This document shows positions 49,903-60,213 of a stretch of 64,000 bases of DNA, piece by piece. Numbering within the stretch: the stretch's first letter is position 1; the number at the start of each line of letters is the position of its first letter. The stretch lies in the sequence record DRR378314_1792; one strand, given 5' to 3'. Position numbers and translations under genes: made by a program. Under the pieces are notes generated by a model. It saw only the letters and a list, made by a program, of their open reading frames with translations, made no database searches and was not told the DNA's origin.

Positions 49903-51264
49903 GTGACCAAGAAGCTCTATATTTCAACATACGGCTGCCAGATGAATGTGTATGATTCTGCCCGTATGGCCGACATTCTCTCACCTCTAGGCTATAGCGT
50001 GACTCAGGATCCAACCGACGCGGATATGTCGATCCTGAACACCTGCCATATTCGGGAAAAAGCCTCGGAAAAAACATTCTCTGAACTGGGCCGGCTTCGC
50101 AACATGCGTAAAGACAAACAGTCCTCCGGACGGGGTGACATGTTAATTGCTGTTGCCGGGTGTGTTGCCCAGGCAGAAGGCAATGAAATCCTTAAACGGG
50201 CGCCCTACGTAAACATGGTCTTTGGCCCGCAGTCATATCATAAGCTCCCCGAAATGCTGGCGGAAACCGCAAGAGGGGCCGGACAGGTACTGGATACGGA
50301 CTTCCCGGTAGAGCCAAAATTCGACTCCCTTCCGGATGAAGCGATCGACAAGAATCTAAGCGCGTTTCTAACCGTTCAGGAAGGGTGTGATAAATTTTGC
50401 GCCTTTTGTGTGGTTCCCTACACACGCGGTGCTGAATTCAGCCGTGGTACTGATGACATTCTCAAAGAAGCGCGGCGCATGATCGCAAACGGCACCAAGG
50501 AAATCACACTTCTGGGTCAAAACGTAAATGCCTATCACGGGCTTGATAAAAACGGTAAATCCCGATCACTCGCCGATTTAATACAGATGCTGGCAGAACT
50601 GGATGGACTGGAACGGCTGCGCTACACGACGTCTCATCCTCTGGAGATGACAGAAGATCTTTGCAAAGCCCATCGGGACATTGATGTTCTGATGCCCTAT
50701 CTACATTTACCGGTTCAAGCGGGATCCGATCGGATCCTAGAAGCGATGAACCGTCGTCATACTACGGATGAATATCGCAGGATCATTGACAAACTTCGCC
50801 ACTATCGCCCTGATCTGGCCCTTTCCGGCGATTTCATTGTTGGCTTCCCTGGTGAAACCGATGCCGAATTCGAAGATACCTTGCGACTGGTTGAAGATGT
50901 AACCTATGCTCAGGCTTATAGTTTCAAATATAGCCCCCGGCCGGGAACACCTGCTGCTGGACTTGATCTTGAAATGATTGCGGAGGATATCAAATCTGAG
51001 CGTCTTGCCCGCCTGCAGAAGGTCCTGAACGATCAGCAACTCGCCTTCAACAAGTCTTTCGAAGGTAAAACGGTTCCTGTTCTTCTGGAAAGAGAGGGCC
51101 GCCGGGATGGACAACTAGTCGGTCGCAGCCCATATATGCAATCTGTATACCTTCAATCCCCACCTCACCGTATTGGCAGGGTCGCCAACGTGACCATCGA
51201 TGAGGGTAATGCCAATTCACTACGGGGCCAATTAAGTCCCGGGAATGCTCAAGATGCTGCCTGA
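49903..51264 (+). CDS. miaB: tRNA-i6A37 methylthiotransferase
   Basis: TYGCQMN, NTCHIRE, radical SAM CDKFCAFC, C-terminal TRAM domain. Confidence 0.97.
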   Translation: MTKKLYISTYGCQMNVYDSARMADILSPLGYSVTQDPTDADMSILNTCHIREKASEKTFSELGRLRNMRKDKQSSGRGDMLIAVAGCVAQAEGNEILKRAPYVNMVFGPQSYHKLPEMLAETARGAGQVLDTDFPVEPKFDSLPDEAIDKNLSAFLTVQEGCDKFCAFCVVPYTRGAEFSRGTDDILKEARRMIANGTKEITLLGQNVNAYHGLDKNGKSRSLADLIQMLAELDGLERLRYTTSHPLEMTEDLCKAHRDIDVLMPYLHLPVQAGSDRILEAMNRRHTTDEYRRIIDKLRHYRPDLALSGDFIVGFPGETDAEFEDTLRLVEDVTYAQAYSFKYSPRPGTPAAGLDLEMIAEDIKSERLARLQKVLNDQQLAFNKSFEGKTVPVLLEREGRRDGQLVGRSPYMQSVYLQSPPHRIGRVANVTIDEGNANSLRGQLSPGNAQDAA

Positions 51265-51279
51265 ATAGTAGGAGAAACA

Positions 51280-52338
51280 GTGGCCAATCCAACAACTGAA
51301 CGCACACCTACCAAGCCCCCCAAAGAAAAAGTGACTTTGGTCGAGTTCGACAACAACCATTTACTGGCACAACTCGTCGGGGAACATGATCGATATCTAG
51401 CACGCATTGAACAAGGGTTGAAAGTTTCAGTTACACCACGCGGCAACAAGATGGCGATAGCCGGCTCTTCGACAGCCCGTCTCATGACAAAAGATGTGTT
51501 GGAGGACCTCTATAAGCGGCTCGAAGATGGTCTTGAGGTCACCGAAGGCGAGGTAGACGCGGCTATTCGAATGGTCGCGGATGCACCTTTGAAAGATGGG
51601 CGGCGCGGATCTGTGTCTGAAAAAGACAACATGATCATCACTAAACGCCGCCACATTACGCCACGATCCACCAATCAGGGCTACTATGTATCTTCGCTCA
51701 AAAAGCATGAACTCGTGTTTGGTTTGGGACCTGCCGGAACGGGCAAAACCTATCTTGCCGTTGCCAATGCCGTATCCATGCTCATTAACAATCAGGTGGA
51801 TCGGATAATTCTGGCCCGCCCGGCGGTGGAAGCTGGCGAAAAGCTTGGTTTTTTACCCGGCGACATGCGAGACAAAATCGACCCCTATCTACGCCCGCTT
51901 TATGACGCGCTGTATGACATGCTGCCAGCAGAGGAAGTTGTCAGCCGCCTTGAAAATGGCGAGATTGAAGTTGCCGCGCTCGCCTTTATGCGGGGGCGAA
52001 CCCTCTCTAATGCTGCTATCATTCTGGACGAAGCCCAGAATACGACCCCCGTTCAAATGAAAATGCTGCTCACCCGGATGGGGGAAAATTCGTCAATGGC
52101 GGTAACAGGTGATCTTTCTCAAATCGACTTGCCGTTGGGTGTCCCGTCTGGATTAAAAGAAGCGGTCAAAATCCTGAAAGGCGTAAAAGGCGTCGATATT
52201 ATCGACTTCGGTGAAGCCGATGTTGTCAGGCATCCACTGGTGACCCGAATTGTGCGCGCCTATGGTGAACATGACCGTGAAAAGAAACTCAACCTTGAAA
52301 TTAATCGTAAGAACAAGGAGAAGACGGATCAGGCTTAA
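51280..52338 (+). CDS. phoH: PhoH-like ATPase
   Basis: GPAGTGKT, RPAVEAGEKLGFLPG, FMRGRT, DEAQN. Confidence 0.95.
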   Translation: MANPTTERTPTKPPKEKVTLVEFDNNHLLAQLVGEHDRYLARIEQGLKVSVTPRGNKMAIAGSSTARLMTKDVLEDLYKRLEDGLEVTEGEVDAAIRMVADAPLKDGRRGSVSEKDNMIITKRRHITPRSTNQGYYVSSLKKHELVFGLGPAGTGKTYLAVANAVSMLINNQVDRIILARPAVEAGEKLGFLPGDMRDKIDPYLRPLYDALYDMLPAEEVVSRLENGEIEVAALAFMRGRTLSNAAIILDEAQNTTPVQMKMLLTRMGENSSMAVTGDLSQIDLPLGVPSGLKEAVKILKGVKGVDIIDFGEADVVRHPLVTRIVRAYGEHDREKKLNLEINRKNKEKTDQA

Positions 52339-52356
52339 GGGGATCCTATCCCCTGA

Positions 52357-52944
52357 TTGCCCGATCCGGTACTGAAAACCAACGTGACCGAACCCGACTC
52401 GCGAAACGCACAGCACCCTCAAAACGTAACCGTATCCCTGGCGATGACAGTTGATCCAGACTGCTGGCAAAACTGGAACGTGAACCTCACCGAGCTGTCT
52501 CAAAACATTCTGGATCATGTCTTGAATTCTCTGCACTTGGAGGACGAAATCCTACGAGGCCTTGAAGACACTTCAATTGAAGTTAGTTTTCTGTATACCT
52601 CGAATGCTCGAATTCAGGATCTGAACCGGGACTTCAGGGGTAAAGACAAACCAACCAACGTTCTCTCTTTTCCGGACACGCCACTTTCATCAGAAGCTTT
52701 GGATGCGGCTCACACCTTTGGAGAAAATTTATGTTTGGGTGATATTGCTCTTGCGGAAGAGATTATCCGTGCAGAGGCCCAAGACCAGGGTAAAACAGAC
52801 CTGGATCACCTAAAGCACCTGATAGCACACGGTTTCCTGCATTTGTTGGGTTTTGATCACTTAGAAGAGGAAGACGCTGCCGTTATGGAGCAGTTGGAAA
52901 TTGAAATCCTTGCAGAACTTGGTGTCAAAAACCCATATCTTTAA
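52357..52944 (+). CDS. ybeY: rRNA maturation endoribonuclease YbeY
   Basis: LNRDFRGKDKPTNVLSFP, HGFLHLLGFDH; start uncertain (TTG 52357 or ATG 52444). Confidence 0.93.
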   Translation: MPDPVLKTNVTEPDSRNAQHPQNVTVSLAMTVDPDCWQNWNVNLTELSQNILDHVLNSLHLEDEILRGLEDTSIEVSFLYTSNARIQDLNRDFRGKDKPTNVLSFPDTPLSSEALDAAHTFGENLCLGDIALAEEIIRAEAQDQGKTDLDHLKHLIAHGFLHLLGFDHLEEEDAAVMEQLEIEILAELGVKNPYL

Positions 52945-52975
52945 CGACTGAAAGCGAAAACAAGCTACTTTGACA

Positions 52976-53899
52976 ATGAACGAAGACATACCCAAATCAC
53001 AGCAGGTCGCCACCCTGGAAGTCGAAACTGTACCAGAAGGTGAGTCGGATGGATTAATTTCAAAAATTCTGAAGACCCTCGGATTCGGGGATCAGGCTGA
53101 TAGCTCTGTTCGCACGACGCTCGAAGAACTGATCGAAGAACATGACGACCCAGAGCAGGAAATCAATCCAGCTGAACGGGCAATGCTGACCAATATTCTG
53201 GGAATCGGCGACATGAGCATCAGTGATGTCATGATCCCCAGAGCAGACATTGAAGCTATTGATTCCAATCTGTCCCTGGAACAGGTCGTCGCCCGCTTCT
53301 CAGAAACCAGCCATTCCAGATTACCTGTCTATGAAGAAAGCCTGGATAACGTCGTTGGTATGTTCCACATCAAGGACCTGATCAATTTTTGGGGGAACTC
53401 CACCGATGCAAAATGGCAAAATTTCAAACGGGAAATTCTGTTTGTTCCACCGTCCATGTCTGTGCAGGATCTTCTTCTGAAAATGAGGGCCACCCACATT
53501 CACATGGCAACTGTTGTGGACGAATATGGGGGTATTGACGGGCTTGTCACGATCGAAGATCTGGTCGAAGAAATCGTTGGCGATATTGAAGATGAACATG
53601 ATGAACAAGAAGGCCCACTTATCTTTGTTTCTGGAAATGGCACAATAGAAGCAGATGCCCGAGCCCAGATCGTTGATTTGGAGACATTACTGGAAATTGA
53701 CTTGCTTCCTGAAGATGAGGACGAGGAAGTCGACACCGTCGGCGGACTTGTCTTCCAGATGGCAGGACATATTCCGGTCCGCGGGGAAATTATTGCCCAC
53801 GAAAGTGGATTTGATTTTGAAATCACTGATGCAGATCCCCGAAAAGTCAAACGCGTTCGGATCCGCCGCCGGCCAGAATTGCTTTCAGAAACCGAATGA
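52976..53899 (+). CDS. corC: CorC/HlyC CBS-domain protein
   Basis: DVMIPR, HSRLPVY, VVDEYGGIDGLVTIEDLVEEIVG, CorC C-terminal domain. Confidence 0.9.
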   Translation: MNEDIPKSQQVATLEVETVPEGESDGLISKILKTLGFGDQADSSVRTTLEELIEEHDDPEQEINPAERAMLTNILGIGDMSISDVMIPRADIEAIDSNLSLEQVVARFSETSHSRLPVYEESLDNVVGMFHIKDLINFWGNSTDAKWQNFKREILFVPPSMSVQDLLLKMRATHIHMATVVDEYGGIDGLVTIEDLVEEIVGDIEDEHDEQEGPLIFVSGNGTIEADARAQIVDLETLLEIDLLPEDEDEEVDTVGGLVFQMAGHIPVRGEIIAHESGFDFEITDADPRKVKRVRIRRRPELLSETE

Positions 53900-55449
53900 C
53901 GAAGATTTTCCAAAGCGCAGCTGCGACTTCATACTGGAAAAAAGCCCTGATTGCCTTTGTGTTGGGAGGCTTTCTTGCTGCAACCCTAGCGCCGATTCAC
54001 GCCGTTTTTCTGCTTCCAATCTGTTTCTCAGGCCTGCTTTTACTGACTTTCCACAGCCTTTCAAAATGGCAGGCTTTTTTTACCGGCTGGTGGTTTGGCT
54101 GGGGATTTCACATCGCGGGTCTCTACTGGATCGGGGTGGCCTTTACCATTGACGCCGATGCCCATGCGGCGTTGCTTCCTGTTCCTATTCTGATTTTACC
54201 TGCCTGCCTCGCCATTTTTACCGGGCTAACCACACTTTCTATTCATTTGATGGGAGGCGCCGGAATCACCCGAATACTGGCGTTTGCTGGCCTTTGGACA
54301 CTGTTTGAATATATTCGCGGAGTTTTGTTTACCGGTTTTCCTTGGAACCTGATTGGGTATGCCTGGGGTGACCTTCTGGCAATGTTACAATGGACAGCTT
54401 TTATCGGAATCTTTGGGCTCACCTTTCTGACGGTGTTCATCAGCAGCATTCCAGTTATCTTGGGCGAAACCAGCCTTTCCAAGCAGAAGCGACAGTTTTG
54501 GGTCCTTGCCGACTGTCTGCTAATTCTGGTGTTGGTTGGGGTCGGGCTTTGGCGATTATCCACCCCGCCCCTTGATAGTCTTGAGAATATGACCGTCAAG
54601 GTCCTGCAGCCGGGAAATGAGCAAAAAGATAAATGGAAATCTGAAACGCGCTTTCGCCACGTAAAACGCCTTGAAGATTTGAGCCAATCCTCTCCCTCTG
54701 AAGCAAATCTATTGGTCTGGCCGGAAACTGCTGTCCCTTTTTTTCTGACAACGGATGACCGGATTCGGGATTACCTGACGCGCGTTGTCCCTGAAAACGG
54801 ATATCTCATTACCGGAGCGCCTAGAAAACAGATGGTTGACCGAAAATACTGGAATAGCGTTCAAGCCATTAACCAACAAGGTGATATCGCAGGTGTTTAT
54901 GATAAACGACATCTATTGCCCTATGGGGAATATCTTCCCTTAAGATCTTTCTTAAAAGCGTCCGGAATTGCAAGTCTGATCCCCGTTCTGGACCAGATGT
55001 CCGATTTTTCATTTCCGGATGAAGATGCGCTTGATGTGATGACTTTACCGGGTATAGCCCCTTTTAGGGTCCTGATCTGTTATGAGGTGACCTTCCCGTG
55101 GGAGGTTAAAAAAGAGACTGATTTCAGTTGGATTTTGAACGTCACCAATGATGCCTGGTTTGGCCATACATCTGGCCCTTACCAGCATTTTGTCATCAGC
55201 CGGACCCGGGCAATCGAACAGGGAGTATCCATCGTCAGATCTGCGAATAAAGGCACAACAGCGGTGATCGATGGCTACGGCCGCATTTTGGAAAAACGCT
55301 CTGCTCTTGACGCTGGTACAATCGTTTCCATTGTCCCAAAACCGATTGATGGAAAAACGCTCTATTTCCGAGTAGGAGAAGCTTTACCCCTGCTCATTTG
55401 CTTTCTCGCTCTGCTTCCTGGGATAATAATAAGATTATTTAAGCCCTAA
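53896..55449 (+). CDS. lnt: Apolipoprotein N-acyltransferase
   Basis: TGFPWN, VWPETA, YDKRHLLPYGEY, LICYE, TNDAWFG. Confidence 0.96.
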   Translation: MTKIFQSAAATSYWKKALIAFVLGGFLAATLAPIHAVFLLPICFSGLLLLTFHSLSKWQAFFTGWWFGWGFHIAGLYWIGVAFTIDADAHAALLPVPILILPACLAIFTGLTTLSIHLMGGAGITRILAFAGLWTLFEYIRGVLFTGFPWNLIGYAWGDLLAMLQWTAFIGIFGLTFLTVFISSIPVILGETSLSKQKRQFWVLADCLLILVLVGVGLWRLSTPPLDSLENMTVKVLQPGNEQKDKWKSETRFRHVKRLEDLSQSSPSEANLLVWPETAVPFFLTTDDRIRDYLTRVVPENGYLITGAPRKQMVDRKYWNSVQAINQQGDIAGVYDKRHLLPYGEYLPLRSFLKASGIASLIPVLDQMSDFSFPDEDALDVMTLPGIAPFRVLICYEVTFPWEVKKETDFSWILNVTNDAWFGHTSGPYQHFVISRTRAIEQGVSIVRSANKGTTAVIDGYGRILEKRSALDAGTIVSIVPKPIDGKTLYFRVGEALPLLICFLALLPGIIIRLFKP

Positions 55450-55497
55450 TTTGGGGAAATCATATATTCGGGGCAATTTAATACACGTGTACAGTTG

Positions 55498-55512
55498 TTA
55501 AGGGTTCTTTAA
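55498..55512. promoter_or_regulatory. CtrA box upstream of XRE regulator
   Basis: TTAA-GGGTTCT-TTAA (TTAA-N7-TTAAC on the minus strand). Confidence 0.7.
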
Positions 55513-55554
55513 ATCAACTAGAATATGTTCCTTCGTCAAAAGAGGGGTAAAGAC

Positions 55555-55962
55555 ATGTCACAACATCCAGTGGACGTTCATGTTGGAAACAAGTTACGGG
55601 AACGAAGAAACTTTCTGAGAATAAGTCAGGAACGGCTTGGTAAAGATCTTGGTCTCACTTTCCAGCAAATTCAAAAATATGAAAAAGGTGCCAATCGTGT
55701 TGGCGCCAGTCGACTTTATGAGATCAGCCAGATTTTAAAGGTCCCAGCAGCCTATTTCTTTGAAGACATTCCCGGAGACCTGCTGCTTTCCAATGGAAAA
55801 GTTGCTGAAGGCGCCCAAAGCTTTGAGGCCCATCCCTACGATAAGAAGGAAAGCCAGCAATTGGCACGCGCCTACTTTAGCATCAAGGATAGTGAAACCC
55901 GGAAAAGAGTGTTGGAATTAATCCGGGCAATTGGTGATGTGGATATAGAAAACAACGCTTAA
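55555..55962 (+). CDS. XRE-family HTH regulator (PhrR/PraR-like)
   Basis: HPVDVHVG, LTFQQIQKYEKGANRVGASRL; lnt-XRE-metK synteny; ATG 55555 after GAGGGG. Confidence 0.9.
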   Translation: MSQHPVDVHVGNKLRERRNFLRISQERLGKDLGLTFQQIQKYEKGANRVGASRLYEISQILKVPAAYFFEDIPGDLLLSNGKVAEGAQSFEAHPYDKKESQQLARAYFSIKDSETRKRVLELIRAIGDVDIENNA

Positions 55963-56072
55963 ACCGGTATTTGACTTGACCCCCCTTTCAGTGTCGTTAC
56001 ATTGCAGGTTCTGCAATCAATTTGCGAAACCGCCAGGTTTGCAGCAATCCCTGATAAGAAAGATAGACGACA

Positions 56073-57242
56073 GTGAAAAATTCCAACTACCTCTTTACAA
56101 GCGAATCAGTATCCGAAGGCCACCCCGATAAAGTCTGTGACCGTATTTCAGATGCAATCGTGGACCTTTACCTCTCGCAAGACCCATATTCCCGGGTTGC
56201 CTGCGAAACCCTTACGACGACAAACCGTATTGTCTTGGCTGGCGAGGTCCGCGGACCTGCGTCGATCACAAAAGACCTGATTGAACAAACTGCACGGGAT
56301 GCCGTTAAGGCGATCGGCTATGAGCAGGAAGGTTTCCATTGGGAAAATGCCGCTGTTGACATTTTTCTACATGAACAATCCGTGGATATTGCTCAGGGCG
56401 TAGACGCTGCAGGCAATAAAGATGAAGGCGCCGGTGACCAGGGCATCATGTTCGGATTTGCAGTCAATGAGACCGACGTCCTGATGCCAGCCCCAATCTA
56501 TTATTCTCATAATATCCTGAAGTCCCTGGCTGAGGCCCGCCACAGCGGCGCTGAAAAAATTCTGGGACCAGATTCTAAAAGTCAGGTCACACTGGCTTAT
56601 GAAAACGGAAAACCGGTCAGAGCGACCTCTGTGGTTGTCTCCACCCAGCATATTGATGGTGTGGAAACCGAAGAGGTTCGTGAGGTTGTTCGTAAATATG
56701 TCGTTGACGCACTACCAGAGGGTTGGATGTGCCCGGAAGATGAACTTTATGTAAACCCAACCGGTAAATTTGTCATTGGCGGTCCGGACGGGGATGCTGG
56801 TCTAACAGGCCGTAAAATCATTGTCGACACTTATGGCGGCGCAGCCCCGCATGGCGGCGGTGCGTTTTCTGGAAAAGATCCCACCAAGGTTGATCGTTCT
56901 GCTGCTTATGCGTCGCGGTATCTGGCAAAAAATGTGGTCGCTGCAGGTCTTGCAGAAAAATGCTGCATCCAGGTTTCATATGCGATTGGTGTTTCAAAAC
57001 CTCTGTCTTTGTATGTTGATTTTTACGGAACAGGCAACGTGTCCGAAGCACAAGTTGGCGAGAAACTTACAGAGCTAATGGACCTGAGCCCACGTGGCAT
57101 TCGCGAACATCTGGCTTTGAACAATCCAATTTACCAGCGGACTGCTGCCTATGGCCATTTTGGGCGGGAGCCGGATGCTGATGGTGGCTTCACCTGGGAA
57201 AAACTGGATCTTGTGGATCAATTAAAGTCTGAATTCGCCTAA
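56073..57242 (+). CDS. metK: S-adenosylmethionine synthetase
   Basis: [35 protein letters not shown]. Confidence 0.98.
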   Translation: MKNSNYLFTSESVSEGHPDKVCDRISDAIVDLYLSQDPYSRVACETLTTTNRIVLAGEVRGPASITKDLIEQTARDAVKAIGYEQEGFHWENAAVDIFLHEQSVDIAQGVDAAGNKDEGAGDQGIMFGFAVNETDVLMPAPIYYSHNILKSLAEARHSGAEKILGPDSKSQVTLAYENGKPVRATSVVVSTQHIDGVETEEVREVVRKYVVDALPEGWMCPEDELYVNPTGKFVIGGPDGDAGLTGRKIIVDTYGGAAPHGGGAFSGKDPTKVDRSAAYASRYLAKNVVAAGLAEKCCIQVSYAIGVSKPLSLYVDFYGTGNVSEAQVGEKLTELMDLSPRGIREHLALNNPIYQRTAAYGHFGREPDADGGFTWEKLDLVDQLKSEFA

Positions 57243-57251
57243 ACTTGTCCA

Positions 57252-57959
57252 ATGTCACCAACATCTGAACATCGTAAGCGTATTCTATATGGTCGCCGGC
57301 GAGGGAAAACTTTGCGTAAGGGACAGCAAGAGGCAGTAGATGCTCTTTTGCCCCAACTTACCATTTCTTTAGCCGGTGATGATCCTATTGAAATCTCTTC
57401 CTTGTTTGATCCCTCTTGTGATCAATACTGGCTGGAAATCGGATTCGGTGCAGGCGAACATTTGGCCTGGCAGGCCGAGCATCACCCTGAGGCGGGAATT
57501 ATCGGTTGCGAGCCTTTTCTGAACGGTGTTGCCAGCCTCCTGAGCAAAGCGCAGGAAAAACAGCTCACAAATATCCGAATCCACAATGAAGCGGCTGAGC
57601 TGTTGATGGATAAATTGACCGACGCCAGCCTTGATAAGATGTTCCTTTTATTTGCCGATCCATGGCCAAAATCCTCCCACCAGAAACGGCGATTCGTCTC
57701 ACAGCAGAACTTGGACGCGATTGCCCGGGTCCTAAAAGACGATGCCATTGTGCGCGTAGGCACAGATCATACAGACTACGGGGCTTGGATTTTACATCAT
57801 TTTTTGCGCTCGGATAAATTTGAATGGCTGTCCGAACACCCGAAAGACTGGACAATTCGCGGTGATGATTGGCCACAGACAAGATATGAGGCCAAAGCGC
57901 TGCGCGAAGGCCGCAAGTCTGTCTACTATCGCTTTCGGCGAATTAGCCGGGCCAGTTAA
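57252..57959 (+). CDS. trmB: tRNA (guanine-N7)-methyltransferase
   Basis: LEIGFGAGE, FADPWPK, TRYEAK. Confidence 0.95.
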   Translation: MSPTSEHRKRILYGRRRGKTLRKGQQEAVDALLPQLTISLAGDDPIEISSLFDPSCDQYWLEIGFGAGEHLAWQAEHHPEAGIIGCEPFLNGVASLLSKAQEKQLTNIRIHNEAAELLMDKLTDASLDKMFLLFADPWPKSSHQKRRFVSQQNLDAIARVLKDDAIVRVGTDHTDYGAWILHHFLRSDKFEWLSEHPKDWTIRGDDWPQTRYEAKALREGRKSVYYRFRRISRAS

Positions 57960-58055
57960 CCAAAATCCTCAAGAAAAAACTTGGCTTTGCCTTCGCTTTG
58001 GCTATTATAGCGCTAAATAAATACTGTTCGCTTACCGTACGGTTAAGCAATCTGG

Positions 58056-58087
58056 AACGGTGGGCCTCTGGTCCGCTGTTTTTGTTT
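58056..58087 (+). promoter_or_regulatory. rimP leader hairpin/attenuator
   Basis: AACGGTGGGCC-TCT-GGTCCGCTGTT (11-bp stem with GU pairs) plus TTTGTTT, upstream of rimP. Confidence 0.65.
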
Positions 58088-58146
58088 ATGGGCCTTTTTT
58101 ACTTTAACCCAGCATAGAAAAACCTGTTTCAGGAAAGAGTAATTCG

Positions 58147-58638
58147 TTGGATCCGACGCAGAAAATTGCAGAACTGATTGAACCGACAATCACCGATCTG
58201 GGCTATGAGCTTATTCGGGTCTCGCTCACTGGTGGAGAAAGTCCAGTGCTGCAAATTATGGCCGAACAAAGCGATGGAACCATGACGATAGAAGGGTGCG
58301 AGCAAATCAGCCATGCTGTCTCAGCCCTGCTGGATGTGGAAGACCCGTTGCCAGATGCGTATAACCTTGAGGTTTCTTCGCCAGGCATCGACAGGCCTTT
58401 GACCCGATTGAAGGACTTTGAAAACTGGTCGGGGTTCGAGGCAAAAGTAGAACTTCAGGAAGCGGTGGATGGACAGCGCAGATACCGTGGTAAAATCCTA
58501 GGCGTAAAGGATGGCAACATTCTGGTCGCGGACACTGCTGGAATTAAATGGGAACTGCCTTTCGCTGATTTAAGAAAGGCAAAGCTGGTATTAACGGATG
58601 AATTGATTGCCGCCACACAAAGCGGTAACAAATCCTGA
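58147..58638 (+). CDS. rimP: Ribosome maturation factor
   Basis: LQIMAE, YNLEVSSPGIDRPL, KAKLVL; TTG start. Confidence 0.96.
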   Translation: MDPTQKIAELIEPTITDLGYELIRVSLTGGESPVLQIMAEQSDGTMTIEGCEQISHAVSALLDVEDPLPDAYNLEVSSPGIDRPLTRLKDFENWSGFEAKVELQEAVDGQRRYRGKILGVKDGNILVADTAGIKWELPFADLRKAKLVLTDELIAATQSGNKS

Positions 58639-58665
58639 TGAAAGCTATGAAACGGAAGTGAAGTC

Positions 58666-60213
58666 ATGGAATCGGCTGCAAGTTTAAATCGTCTCGAACT
58701 GCTTCAGGTCGCTGATGCTGTTGCGAGGGAAAAGCTCATTAACCGGGATATTGTTCTGGAAGCCATGGAAGAGGCGATCCAGAAAGCTGCCCGTGCAAAA
58801 TACGGTCATGAAAATGATATCCGTGCGAATATTAACCGCGGCACGGGTGAAATTCGCCTGGCCCGCGTGCGCGAAGTTGTTGAGGAAGTTGAAAACGAAG
58901 CGACCCAGATTACTGTTGAACAGGCTGAAGCCGAAGTTCCCGGCAGTAAGGTTGGCGATTTGCTCACCGATTCACTTCCGCCGATTGATTTTGGACGGAT
59001 CGCAGCACAAACCGCCAAACAGGTTATTGTTCAGAAAGTCCGCGAAGCCGAACGCGAACGTCAGTATGAAGAATATAAAGACCGGATTGGTGATATCATC
59101 AACGGCATTGTCAAACGGGTAGAATATGGCAATGTTACCGTAGATCTTGGTAAAGCTGACGCGATTGTTCGCCGCGACGAGATGTTGCCGCGGGAGAGCT
59201 TCCGTCAGGGTGACCGTATCCGGGCTTTCATTTATGATGTCCGCCGGGAACAAAGAGGTCCCCAAATATTCCTGTCAAGGACACATCCTCAGTTCATGGC
59301 CAAACTGTTTACGCAGGAGGTTCCTGAGATTTATGACGGCGTCATTGAAATTCGTGCCGTTGCCCGGGATCCAGGCAGCCGAGCGAAATTTGCAGTCACG
59401 TCCAGTGATCCAAGCATTGATCCCGTTGGTGCCTGCGTTGGTATGCGAGGCGCACGTGTCCAGGCTGTCGTCAACGAGCTTCAAGGCGAGAAAATCGACA
59501 TTATCCCTTGGTCACCGGATCAGGCCAGCTTCATTGTGAACGCGCTGGCGCCAGCTGAGGTTGCCAAAGTTGTGCTTGATGAAGAAGCCAACCGAATTGA
59601 AGTTGTTGTGCCTGATGACCAACTGTCATTGGCAATTGGTCGCCGAGGCCAGAATGTTCGTTTGGCAACTCAGCTATCCGGTTGGGATATCGATATCCTG
59701 ACAGAGGAAGAAGAATCCAATCGTCGGCAATCCGAATTCACCGAGCGGACCAAAAACTTCATGGAAGCTTTGGATGTGGATGAAACCATCGCACAGCTTC
59801 TGACAACTGAAGGTTTCACCTCAATTGATGAACTGACCTTCACAGATGTTTCAGAAATCGCCGAAATCGAAGGCTTTGATGAAGAGGTTGCCGAGGAACT
59901 GATCCGGCGGGCACAGGAATTCATTGAGGCCTTTAACGCTGGATTGCAGCAAAAGCTTGAAGAAATGCAGGTCAGTGCCGACTTACTAAATCTTGAAGGC
60001 CTTACGCCAGCGATGGTTGTTGCCCTGGGTGAAGCCGGTGTCAAGCAACTCGATGATCTGGCTGACCTTTCCGGCGATGAGCTCGTGAGTAAGGAAGATG
60101 GAATTCTGAAAGAATTCAACGTATCACTGGATCAGGCAAATGAGCTGGTCATGGCCGCTCGTGCTCATTGGTTTGAAGAGGAAGCGAGTGAAGGTGAAGA
60201 GGACGAAAACTAA
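58666..60213 (+). CDS. nusA: Transcription factor NusA
   Basis: FGRIAAQTAKQ, S1 and KH domains (ARDPGSRAK, AIGRRGQN), acidic repeats. Confidence 0.98.
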   Translation: MESAASLNRLELLQVADAVAREKLINRDIVLEAMEEAIQKAARAKYGHENDIRANINRGTGEIRLARVREVVEEVENEATQITVEQAEAEVPGSKVGDLLTDSLPPIDFGRIAAQTAKQVIVQKVREAERERQYEEYKDRIGDIINGIVKRVEYGNVTVDLGKADAIVRRDEMLPRESFRQGDRIRAFIYDVRREQRGPQIFLSRTHPQFMAKLFTQEVPEIYDGVIEIRAVARDPGSRAKFAVTSSDPSIDPVGACVGMRGARVQAVVNELQGEKIDIIPWSPDQASFIVNALAPAEVAKVVLDEEANRIEVVVPDDQLSLAIGRRGQNVRLATQLSGWDIDILTEEEESNRRQSEFTERTKNFMEALDVDETIAQLLTTEGFTSIDELTFTDVSEIAEIEGFDEEVAEELIRRAQEFIEAFNAGLQQKLEEMQVSADLLNLEGLTPAMVVALGEAGVKQLDDLADLSGDELVSKEDGILKEFNVSLDQANELVMAARAHWFEEEASEGEEDEN

